NCBI GenBank assembly: GCA_964631685.1
Contig: CAZVZU010000002.1
Coordinates: 128,001-192,000 of the forward strand
Origin: an uncultured Actinomycetes bacterium
Lineage (GTDB): Bacteria > SZUA-79 > Acidulodesulfobacterales > Acidulodesulfobacteraceae
Length of the DNA stretch: 64,000 nt
Direction: 5' to 3'
In this document: positions 31,860 to 40,840 of the stretch, in pieces
Numbering within the stretch: the stretch's first letter is position 1
Layout: the number at the start of each line of letters is the position of its first letter
Notes under the pieces: generated by a model
Told to the model about the DNA's origin: nothing
Database searches by the model: none
What the model saw: the letters and a program-made list of their open reading frames with translations, nothing else
Translations under genes and position numbers: made by a program

Positions 31860-32879
31860 TCAGTTAAATTTTATTGACGTTTTATTTACGCAGTTTGTTA
31901 AATCCCCATCATCTATCCAATTATTTATATTTTTAGCACAAATGCGGGCAATGTCGGTAATAGATTTATGCGTTGCCCCGCCGATATGCGGTGTTGCAAT
32001 GACGTTGAAATGAAAAATTTCATCACTTATATGCACGGGCTCTTTCCAGAACACATCAAGTCCCGCCCCCTTAATCTTTCCGCTTTTCAAACCCCTTATT
32101 AATGAATCTTTATCAATCAAGCCTGCTCTTCCAACATTTATTACGGACAAGCCATTTTTCGCTAAACTAACCGCTTCATCATTGAATAAATTTTTGGTAT
32201 TCTTATCTAGAGGAACTGCAAGAATAAGGTAATCGATCAACGGCAAAATATATTTGAAATCGTCATCTACCGTTCCTACAAATTTGATATTTAAATCTTT
32301 AGTATAGTCACCCTCAGGCTTTGTGCGTTTTAAACCGTAAATTTCCGTATTAAATATTTTTAACATCCTTATAATTTCCAGCCCGACTCCGCCGAGCCCT
32401 ACAACTCCGAATTTTTTACTGGAGATACTATATCCCATCGGTTCGTTCGCTACGCCGTGATTAATAGAGTTTACGCAACCATTATAATCTCTCGCAAGCG
32501 CAAGAACAAAGAAAATAGATAGCTCCGCAACTGATACAGCATTATATGTACCCACCGTAGGAACATTAAAAACAGGCACTCCTGCCTGCGAAGCATAACC
32601 CATATCAACATTCTCATACCCTATACCAAACTGCTGAATTAATTTAACATTACGGAGGGATAAAACGTCACTGTCTATCTCGATACCGGCATTGACAATT
32701 AAGATTAAATCCTCGGTTAAATCCACCGAAGAAAACAATTCGTCAGAAGATGTACCCGCCCTTTTAACATCCCTTAAAAAGTCATCCTTGCTGGTATAAT
32801 GAGCAAGATTGTAACCGCTCAAAAACGGCTTTAGAATATCAAGCATATCCCTCGATCTTAGTATTGTGACTATATTCAT
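31860..32879 (-). CDS. D-isomer-specific 2-hydroxyacid dehydrogenase
   Basis: GLGGVG Rossmann motif, NVGRAG, DVF..EP, TPHIGG. Confidence 0.88.
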   Translation of the reverse strand: MNIVTILRSRDMLDILKPFLSGYNLAHYTSKDDFLRDVKRAGTSSDELFSSVDLTEDLILIVNAGIEIDSDVLSLRNVKLIQQFGIGYENVDMGYASQAGVPVFNVPTVGTYNAVSVAELSIFFVLALARDYNGCVNSINHGVANEPMGYSISSKKFGVVGLGGVGLEIIRMLKIFNTEIYGLKRTKPEGDYTKDLNIKFVGTVDDDFKYILPLIDYLILAVPLDKNTKNLFNDEAVSLAKNGLSVINVGRAGLIDKDSLIRGLKSGKIKGAGLDVFWKEPVHISDEIFHFNVIATPHIGGATHKSITDIARICAKNINNWIDDGDLTNCVNKTSIKFN

Positions 32880-33061
32880 TATGCCCCATCTTGTTTGTAA
32901 GGAATTTATAATTATATCAACCTACCAGGCTATTGTTTAAACGGATACAAAACTCTTAACCACCGCCTAATTAAATCCAGCTTGCTTTCTGTAAAACAGA
33001 CTAGCACATTATAACATTTGAAGCTTGATTTGTGAACCGTCAAAAAAGTTCTTACTGTTTT

Positions 33062-33646
33062 TCAAAGTGTACCGTTAGAACTTACAATGCCCGTATTTGG
33101 ATAAATATAAAAGGATAAATGCAGCGATGAAGAACCAAAAGATAAACGAATTACAGAGGCGTTGTACAGAGAAAAATTATTGGATGAACAGGCACTGTTG
33201 CTAAATATTCCCGGCTCCCCCGCAGAATTAAAAACAATATAGTTCGTGGGTATTCCAAACACATCATAACTTATGCCATGATTCAAAGATACATAAAAAT
33301 TATTGGCAACTTGCGCAAGTGGATTAACTATCGGCTCTAAAACCGATGGCGTTGCGCCATTACAAGCACATACTGCATAGCCCGAATAAGGGGGGCCTTG
33401 GTTTTGATTCAATGAACATGACGGCTTTGAACCGGTACTTGAAAAAACTACAGCGACATAAGTAAAATGATTCATCGCATAATTTTGGGCATATCTTATA
33501 GCAGACTCAAACTGCCTTTCATACATCCCCCTATCACTTGAAATAGCAGAATTTAACCCGGAGGTTCCGATAATTCCAAGAACCCCTATAAGGATTATGA
33601 CCATTACTAATTCGACAAGAGTAAATCCCTTTTTATTTTTACGCAT
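33062..33646 (-). CDS. type IV pilin/pseudopilin (prepilin N-methylation domain)
   Basis: KKG|FTLVEL class III signal peptide followed by a hydrophobic helix; four Cys. Confidence 0.85.
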   Translation of the reverse strand: MRKNKKGFTLVELVMVIILIGVLGIIGTSGLNSAISSDRGMYERQFESAIRYAQNYAMNHFTYVAVVFSSTGSKPSCSLNQNQGPPYSGYAVCACNGATPSVLEPIVNPLAQVANNFYVSLNHGISYDVFGIPTNYIVFNSAGEPGIFSNSACSSNNFSLYNASVIRLSFGSSSLHLSFYIYPNTGIVSSNGTL

Positions 33647-33666
33647 GGCATATATTGTAATCAGGA

Positions 33667-34845
33667 TTATGTTAATTCATTGAGAATTTTTTCTGCGAGA
33701 TCTATTTTTAGTTGCCTTTCAAATCTTTTAATCTCCCCATCCTTTTTTATCAAAAAACCCTCATTTTCATCCTCGCCTATGATGTCTCTTGATATATCGT
33801 TTACAAAAATATAGTCCAATGATTTTTCTATCAGTTTTTTTCTTGCATTTTCAATTATTGAGTCCGTCTCCGCCGCAAATCCTAACACCGTCTGCCCCTC
33901 TTTTTTGAGTTTAGAGATAAGCACCAGTAAATCTTCATTCTGGACAAGCTCTATATTAATATTCATGTCCTTTTTTTTTATCTTATTTGGGCTTTTTTCT
34001 TTAAAACTATAGTCCGATACGGCTGCGGCCATCAAAAGAATGTCGCATTGTTTAAATTCACGCATCAATGCATCCCTTAAACCGCTAAAACTTCCGCGAT
34101 TTATAATCCTCACAGCCCTGTTGATATATTGAGAAGATGCCTCTGTATTTAAAGCAATTAATGTGACTTCCGCGCCTAACTCAACCGCCTCGTTGGCAAG
34201 GCTCACACCCATTTTACCACTTGAAGCATTTGAAATAAATCTGACAGGATCAAGGTATTCCCTTGTCGCACCTGCCGTTATCAAAACCCTCCTGCCATTA
34301 AGTGTCTTTTTATTAAAAACCGACTTCAGCTTAAAAACAATATCGTTAATCTCCGGAAATTTTCCTTCTCCGACATCGCCACAGGCAAGCTCCCCCGTCC
34401 CGGGTAAAACTAAATGAAAACCTTGCTCGATCAAACTTTGCAAATTATTCTTAAAAATATTATTAGAAAACATATTTGGATTCATCGCTGGAACCAAAAC
34501 CTTTGGCTTATCTTGTGAAGCCGAAACAGCCAAGCCTATTAATGTATCCGCAATACCGCAGGCAAGTTTATTTATTGTGTTGAATGTGGCGGGGGCTATT
34601 AATATTAAATCTGCATATTTTGAGAGTGAAATATGAGCAAGCGGATTTTTAAAGGCATCGTCTTCAAAAACCTCCTCTCCGAAAGCTTTAAAAATGTAGG
34701 GCGAGATAAAATTGCTAGCAGATGAACTGACTATTACCCTAACATTAGCGCCCTCTTTTTTTAATCTTCTGTATAAATCTACGCTTTTATAACACGCAAT
34801 TGAACCGGTTATGCATAAAAGAATATTTTTGCCTTTTAATGTCAT
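33667..34845 (-). CDS. coaBC: phosphopantothenoylcysteine decarboxylase/ligase
   Basis: TGSIACYK, PAMN..M, LACGD.G.G, TAG.T.E.LDPVRFISN.SSGKMG, GFAAET. Confidence 0.97.
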   Translation of the reverse strand: MTLKGKNILLCITGSIACYKSVDLYRRLKKEGANVRVIVSSSASNFISPYIFKAFGEEVFEDDAFKNPLAHISLSKYADLILIAPATFNTINKLACGIADTLIGLAVSASQDKPKVLVPAMNPNMFSNNIFKNNLQSLIEQGFHLVLPGTGELACGDVGEGKFPEINDIVFKLKSVFNKKTLNGRRVLITAGATREYLDPVRFISNASSGKMGVSLANEAVELGAEVTLIALNTEASSQYINRAVRIINRGSFSGLRDALMREFKQCDILLMAAAVSDYSFKEKSPNKIKKKDMNINIELVQNEDLLVLISKLKKEGQTVLGFAAETDSIIENARKKLIEKSLDYIFVNDISRDIIGEDENEGFLIKKDGEIKRFERQLKIDLAEKILNELT

Positions 34846-34864
34846 AGTTTTAAAACTGCAGAGA

Positions 34865-35494
34865 TTAGATTAAATATGCATTGTATTTTTTTTCCTGCCC
34901 TATAACCGTAGTATCGCCATGTCCCGGTAAGACAAGGATATCATCGCCAAGTATAAGCAGCTTGTTCTTAATAGAGCTTATAATTTCATCAGGAGAGCCA
35001 CCGGGAAGATCGGTTCTTCCTACAGTATTCTTAAAAAGCGTATCCCCACTGAAAAGATATTCGTCATTAATAAGAAAAGATGTGCTCCCCGGCGAATGCC
35101 CGGGCGTGAAAATAGGCATAATATTAATTTTTCCTATTTTAATAACAACACCCTCCGTTAAGTATTCATCTATTACCACCTCTCCGTTAAAATCAAAACC
35201 CAAATACTCTGCCTGCTCTTTAAGATTTTTTAAGATTAACTCATCTTTTTTATTCGCAATAATTTTAACATCATATTTTTTTTTAAAATAATTATCCATC
35301 GCCACATGATCTATATGGCAATGAGTGTTAAGGATAAACCTAATGTTAATGTTTTCGTCTCTTATTGTTTTTTCGATCCTTTTTTCCTGACCCCCGGGGT
35401 CAATTAAAAAACCATCTCTATTACCGTTGTCATCATTAAACACTAGGTATGTGTTTACCTCAAAGGGCCCTACAGGAAAAGTATAAAACTTCAT
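34865..35494 (-). CDS. MBL-fold metallo-hydrolase (glyoxalase II-like)
   Basis: THCHIDH, TPGHSPG, FSGDTLF, GRTDLPGG, PGHG. Confidence 0.9.
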   Translation of the reverse strand: MKFYTFPVGPFEVNTYLVFNDDNGNRDGFLIDPGGQEKRIEKTIRDENINIRFILNTHCHIDHVAMDNYFKKKYDVKIIANKKDELILKNLKEQAEYLGFDFNGEVVIDEYLTEGVVIKIGKINIMPIFTPGHSPGSTSFLINDEYLFSGDTLFKNTVGRTDLPGGSPDEIISSIKNKLLILGDDILVLPGHGDTTVIGQEKKYNAYLI

Positions 35495-35534
35495 AAGTTA
35501 TCGCAAATAAACCTTTTAATATTATTTTATTTAG

Positions 35535-37037
35535 TTATATTAAATATTCTTGAAATGAATACATTAAGTCGTCAAGATTATTCACTGTATCAGATTCGCC
35601 GTATATCCTAATTAAATCTTCTGTACCCGAAAGCCTGCACAAAAGCCATGAATCATCATCAAAGAAAATCTTGTATCCATCAGTCGTATTCTTGCCCATA
35701 ACCTTTTTTCCCCTAAAAGTAGCTGGAAATTTATTCATCTTATCATTAATTTCTGTCTTAAACTTTTCTTTGTTCACGGGCACATTTATCCTTTTAGTGT
35801 AAATGGGTCCAAACTTTTCAAGAAGGTCTTTGACGAGCAACTTTAGCGGCCTCTTGTAATATGACATCATCTCTAAAACCAAAAGACAAGCATATATCCC
35901 ATCCTTATCCGGAGTATGTCCCGATACTGTCAACCCTGAAGATTCCTCACCTGCCATGACAACCTTGCGTTCAGATATAAGTTTGCCCAGATACTTAAAT
36001 CCAACGGGAGTTTCTATAACCTTGAAGCCGTGATACTTTGCAATCCTATCAATTAAGGCCGTAGTGGCCACGCTTCTTGCGACATTACCCTTAATACCCT
36101 TGCCGTCTATATAATAATTATAAAGAAGTGGGAAAATTATATTAGGTTCCACAAATTTACCATCTTCATCTAATATTCCGTACCTATCGGCGTCACCGTC
36201 CGTTGCCAATCCCATTGCTAATTTTTTGGATCCATTTTTTTCATTAGCACCATTATAATCCCTGATTAATATGCTCATTTCATTTAAATTTTTAGCCGAG
36301 GGATCTGGCGCCATGCCTGGCGCAAAGAAAGCATCCCTATCTTTGTATATCTCTTTAAAATCGATACCTATGCCAGATAATATATCTCCTATAATATCCT
36401 TCGATGTCCCATGTAAAGAGGTTATAAAAGCAAATATATTTTTATTATTCTCCGATATAAGTCCTAAATTAATCTTGGTTTTAATTAGGGTCGCATAGCT
36501 ATTTATAAAATTTTCTTCCTTCAACAGACCCTGATTCTTGGCACTATCAAAACCTATGAATTTATATTCCGGACATTTTAAAAGTTCGTTTGATCTTCTT
36601 GTTATAATTTCGGTATCTTCTGGCAATGCCGGACCGCCCCATGCAGGAGAAAATTTAATTCCGTTATAATTATAGGGGTTATGGCTTGCCGTTATGTTTA
36701 TCGCGCCCAACGCCTTTTCTTCTGCTATTTTTATGGATAAAACAGGCGTTGGAGTGCAGAAACTCGCAAAAATAACGAAAAATCCGTTGGCACAAAAAAC
36801 CCCGGCACTTAATTTGGCAAATTCCTCCGATAAAAACCTAGTGTCATAACCGATAATTATTTTTTCAGATGCAAAAATACCATTATACTTATCCCTCAGA
36901 AAATCACATATAGCTTGGGAGACTAATTTTACGACATCAAAGGTAAAATCTCCCGCGATCTTGCCTCTATAGCCGGATGTTCCAAATTCAATCTCGAAAC
37001 TTTCTTTGTCATGATACGACACTGAAATTTCTTTCAC
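35535..37037 (-). CDS. phosphoglucomutase/phosphomannomutase
   Basis: FGTSGYRG, TASHNP phosphoserine loop, DGDADR, GEESSG, R.SGTE. Confidence 0.93.
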   Translation of the reverse strand: MKEISVSYHDKESFEIEFGTSGYRGKIAGDFTFDVVKLVSQAICDFLRDKYNGIFASEKIIIGYDTRFLSEEFAKLSAGVFCANGFFVIFASFCTPTPVLSIKIAEEKALGAINITASHNPYNYNGIKFSPAWGGPALPEDTEIITRRSNELLKCPEYKFIGFDSAKNQGLLKEENFINSYATLIKTKINLGLISENNKNIFAFITSLHGTSKDIIGDILSGIGIDFKEIYKDRDAFFAPGMAPDPSAKNLNEMSILIRDYNGANEKNGSKKLAMGLATDGDADRYGILDEDGKFVEPNIIFPLLYNYYIDGKGIKGNVARSVATTALIDRIAKYHGFKVIETPVGFKYLGKLISERKVVMAGEESSGLTVSGHTPDKDGIYACLLVLEMMSYYKRPLKLLVKDLLEKFGPIYTKRINVPVNKEKFKTEINDKMNKFPATFRGKKVMGKNTTDGYKIFFDDDSWLLCRLSGTEDLIRIYGESDTVNNLDDLMYSFQEYLI

Positions 37038-39528
37038 TCTTCCACCCCTCTATATCGCTACTAAATTGATTTATCAATGCCAAAGCATCATCCTTTTCCC
37101 TGCTTTCGGAAAATATCTCAAAATGAGCGCCCTCCGATGCCGGATAAGCCAGTACCCATCCATTTGGCTTTATCAGTTTTATGCCATAAACAAAAAACGC
37201 ATTATCATCCCTATATTTTTCCATAAACTTTCTCATTATAAACCCCTTTGCTTCAGTTGGGCAAGGAATTATTTTATAGTCAAAGTATGTAGGCTTAATA
37301 TAACGCAACTCGTTTTTAATAGTAGTATCAAGTTTAGCAAGCATCTCAAGAAGTTTTATTAAAGAATACATCCCATCAAAAGCAGGCATAAACCTAGAAT
37401 AAATATAACCGCCCACATTGTCACCCGCAAAACAGACATTGGGATTGACAAAACTTTCCATAAGGGCATTAGAGGAGTTTTTAGATAAACTTACCTTAAA
37501 GTTGTAATCCTTGGCCATCTTTACTAAATTAAGCGACGAATTAATTGGCACAGTGATAACTCTATTCGTTTTTTCCGTCTTCATAACAAGAAGAGACATT
37601 AACGATAATGCCGTATTTCCGTCTATATTATCCCCGCTACTATCGCAGATATATATCTTTTCTCCACCATTATCGATAAGAATACCTAAATCTGCATTAA
37701 CAGACCTTACGATACCGGATAGATCTTTAAGCGATTTTTTAAATTCCCGTTCCGTTTTTGTAATCTTAGTCTGATCTAAATTTGCGCTTAAATGGACAGA
37801 ATCTATTCCGAGCCTTCCAATTATTGCAGGAAAAATTCTACTGGAACTTCCGTAAGAATAGTCTATTACAATTTTAAATTTTCTCTTTATGATTCTATCG
37901 GCATCAATAGTATTCAAAAATCCGTCAGTATAATATTCCGTCCCATGCGTCGGATAAAATATCTCACCGGTCTCTTCGGAACCGACCCTCATATAATCTT
38001 CTCTAAAAAATAATCTTTCTATTTTTTGCTCACTTAATGGGGATAAGTCGAGACCATTGGAATCAAAAAACTTTATATTCAAAAGTTTCTTGTCAAATGG
38101 ATGTTTTCTAATATGAATACCGCCATAACTTTTGAATTGCCTCGCCTGATACCGAACAATAGATATTGGGGTATCACTGAAATCATTTACATTGACCCCA
38201 ACAGAAAGGGCTCCCGACATCATAGCCCTTGAAAACAGCCTAGATGTCTTATGGCTGTCCCTTGAGACGGAAACGATTTTGTTTTTACCAATGGTCGCGC
38301 CAAATGCAGCCCCTAGTTTGGAAGCAAATTCAGGGGTTATCTCCAAGTTCGCAAGGCCTGTTATGCCATATTGACCAAATATCGTAGCACTCCATTTATC
38401 CGACCAGACGAGACTCTCTGATAATATTGCACCACCTTCCACATTTTTAAATGGCCAAATCTTCACATTGGGATTTATCACTGCCTCGTTACCGATATTG
38501 CAAACATCAGCTATCACTGCACCGGAACCGATAAATACATTTTTGCCAACATTTGATTTATAACCCAGTATAGCCTCTTGAATCTCACAATTTGCACCAA
38601 TTTTTGAATCCTTTCCAACAACAGAACCGCTCAAAACAGTGCCTTCTCCTATAGAGCAGTTATCACCCACAACACAATTTCTAATCTTGCAATTTTGAAG
38701 TACACGGACATTTTTACCAAATATAGAATTTTCAATATCGCAACTTATATCTACAACGCTCTTTTCGCCTAGTTTTATATTATTTTTGGAAAGCATTATT
38801 CCCACTGTATCTAAATCTATTTTACCCGATATAATATCCAAATGACTTTGCCTATACTCCGAAAGCGTGCCAACATCCTTCCAGTAACCTGAAGATATGT
38901 GTCCAAAAATATTTTTGTTCTCCCTTAGAAGTGCGGGAAAAAGGTCTTTTGAAAAATCAAATTCACTTTTTTCAGAGATCATGCCTAATACATTCTTGTT
39001 TAATATATAAATCCCGGTATTAATGGTATCGCTAAAAACCTCTGACCATGTCGGTTTCTCAAGGAATTTTGTAATCCTATGATCGCTATCCATAACAACT
39101 ATTCCATACGGTAAGGGATTTTCGACCCTTGCGATGACGATTGTAGCATCGCTATTCTTAGCAATATGAAAATCTATCGGCTTCTTGAGATTAATATCAG
39201 TAATTATATCAGCACTAATGACAAGGAAATTGTCACCTTTAATTATTTTCTCAACATTTTTGACCGCCCCCGCGGTACCGTAATCTTCTTCGGCAAGTAC
39301 ATATTCTATATTTACCCCAAAATTTGCCCCATCTTTAAAATAGTTCTTTATTGCTTCCGGCTGGACATATAGCAAAATAATTAAGTCAACTATTCCATAC
39401 ATTTTTAGTAAATTGACAACGTGCTCCATCATAGGCTTATTAGCCACATGTATCATAGGCTTAGGGGTGTTATTCGTTAAAGGCTTAAGCCTTGTCCCAA
39501 AGCCCCCTGCCATTATAACCGCTTGCAT
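37009..39528 (-). CDS. mannose-1-phosphate guanylyltransferase-like NTP transferase fused to LbH and degenerate PGM/PMM domains
   Basis: AGG.GTRL.PLT...PKP, FLEKP, YWKDVG, hexapeptide repeats, PMM-like C-half; AGGAG RBS before MQAV. Confidence 0.88.
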   Translation of the reverse strand: MQAVIMAGGFGTRLKPLTNNTPKPMIHVANKPMMEHVVNLLKMYGIVDLIILLYVQPEAIKNYFKDGANFGVNIEYVLAEEDYGTAGAVKNVEKIIKGDNFLVISADIITDINLKKPIDFHIAKNSDATIVIARVENPLPYGIVVMDSDHRITKFLEKPTWSEVFSDTINTGIYILNKNVLGMISEKSEFDFSKDLFPALLRENKNIFGHISSGYWKDVGTLSEYRQSHLDIISGKIDLDTVGIMLSKNNIKLGEKSVVDISCDIENSIFGKNVRVLQNCKIRNCVVGDNCSIGEGTVLSGSVVGKDSKIGANCEIQEAILGYKSNVGKNVFIGSGAVIADVCNIGNEAVINPNVKIWPFKNVEGGAILSESLVWSDKWSATIFGQYGITGLANLEITPEFASKLGAAFGATIGKNKIVSVSRDSHKTSRLFSRAMMSGALSVGVNVNDFSDTPISIVRYQARQFKSYGGIHIRKHPFDKKLLNIKFFDSNGLDLSPLSEQKIERLFFREDYMRVGSEETGEIFYPTHGTEYYTDGFLNTIDADRIIKRKFKIVIDYSYGSSSRIFPAIIGRLGIDSVHLSANLDQTKITKTEREFKKSLKDLSGIVRSVNADLGILIDNGGEKIYICDSSGDNIDGNTALSLMSLLVMKTEKTNRVITVPINSSLNLVKMAKDYNFKVSLSKNSSNALMESFVNPNVCFAGDNVGGYIYSRFMPAFDGMYSLIKLLEMLAKLDTTIKNELRYIKPTYFDYKIIPCPTEAKGFIMRKFMEKYRDDNAFFVYGIKLIKPNGWVLAYPASEGAHFEIFSESREKDDALALINQFSSDIEGWKSERNFSVVS

Positions 39529-39668
39529 ACGAGTACTCCTCATGACCATTAAAAAATGTATTCCGAATAACGCTGTATAACAAATGGATTGCATTATCAG
39601 GCTAATTCTATTAAAATTATATCTTAATAATTTACTAAATCAAAAATAAATAATTATTTAAAAAATAT

Positions 39669-40253
39669 ATGTTGCTTTATATTCTTCATTTAGACACAGC
39701 GCTTTTTTTGTTTATCAACAACAACTTCCATTTTTCTTTCCTTAATGACAATATGCGAGCAATTACATTTTTAGGGAATGGATGGGTGGTGTACTGGTTA
39801 GCATTAGTTTATATCTATACATATAATCGTTCAAAATTTAAACAATCGTTTTTTCTTATTATTTTAACGCAACTTATCCCCGGCATATTTGACATAATTA
39901 TAAAACGGCTAGTGAACAGACCAAGACCAATTGTTGCGCTTCATGACCTTATAAAAAACGGTACCGTTCATATTGATTTATTCGGGAGACATCTAACCGA
40001 ACATTCGTTTCCGTCTGGACATGCAACTACAGCTTTTGCTTTGGCGGTTTCCCTTTCGTACATGTTTCCAAAACGCTACAAGTTATTCTACGTCATTGCA
40101 CTACTTGTCGCTTTCTCGCGTGTTTATAACGGAGAACATTATCCGTTAGATGTTATATCGGGAGGGGTATTGGGCTACGTATTCGCAAAACTAAGCCTTG
40201 TACTGTATAAAAAAATCAAAAAGATAAAAGGGTACAACTTTGAAAAACATTAG
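39669..40253 (+). CDS. PAP2-family membrane phosphatase
   Basis: K....RPRP, SFPSGH, SRVY.G.HY..D motifs. Confidence 0.92.
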   Translation: MLLYILHLDTALFLFINNNFHFSFLNDNMRAITFLGNGWVVYWLALVYIYTYNRSKFKQSFFLIILTQLIPGIFDIIIKRLVNRPRPIVALHDLIKNGTVHIDLFGRHLTEHSFPSGHATTAFALAVSLSYMFPKRYKLFYVIALLVAFSRVYNGEHYPLDVISGGVLGYVFAKLSLVLYKKIKKIKGYNFEKH

Positions 40254-40282
40254 ATAGCCGCGCAATGGGACTACATATTGCG

Positions 40283-40840
40283 TTATCTTTCTATCAACCT
40301 TTTAGATTCAATAAAAATAGCAATCTTCTCGGCAATTCTTTTCGATACCGTTTCTAATGCTGTCTTTTCTTGTTTATGCGCAATAAGGGGATTAATATGG
40401 TTATAATAAAAGGCGCTAGCTGCAATGTTGACGTTACGAAAAATTATTTTTCCGGTAGTTTTGTATAAACTTATTTGTACGGTTGCGGTTATCATATAAT
40501 CAACCGCGGCGGCAACCCCGGTGTATGCTATAACATTATTTCGTACCTGCGTAATTTTACCTGTTAAATAATATCTCGCATCTCCTCTATTTGCGGTAAA
40601 CATGTCCGTCGAAGTGTTTAAATAGTATGCAAGATTATTTGAAAAATAAGCTCCCAAGCCAGATTTATAGGTCAAATTTCTGAAAGGTTTTATGAATATT
40701 TGAGAAATACTGTTGTATTTTTTATGTTTACCATGAATATTAACAACCGTCTTGTCCTGATTTAGTATCCTAAAACCACAAGCGGACATAAAACCGGAGG
40801 CAATAACAATAGCGATAATCAATGTAATTTTATTTTTCAT
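40283..40840 (-). CDS. lptE: LptE-like LPS assembly lipoprotein
   Basis: lipobox MSAC followed by GF; directly downstream of leuS (conserved leuS-lptE order). Confidence 0.75.
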   Translation of the reverse strand: MKNKITLIIAIVIASGFMSACGFRILNQDKTVVNIHGKHKKYNSISQIFIKPFRNLTYKSGLGAYFSNNLAYYLNTSTDMFTANRGDARYYLTGKITQVRNNVIAYTGVAAAVDYMITATVQISLYKTTGKIIFRNVNIAASAFYYNHINPLIAHKQEKTALETVSKRIAEKIAIFIESKRLIER

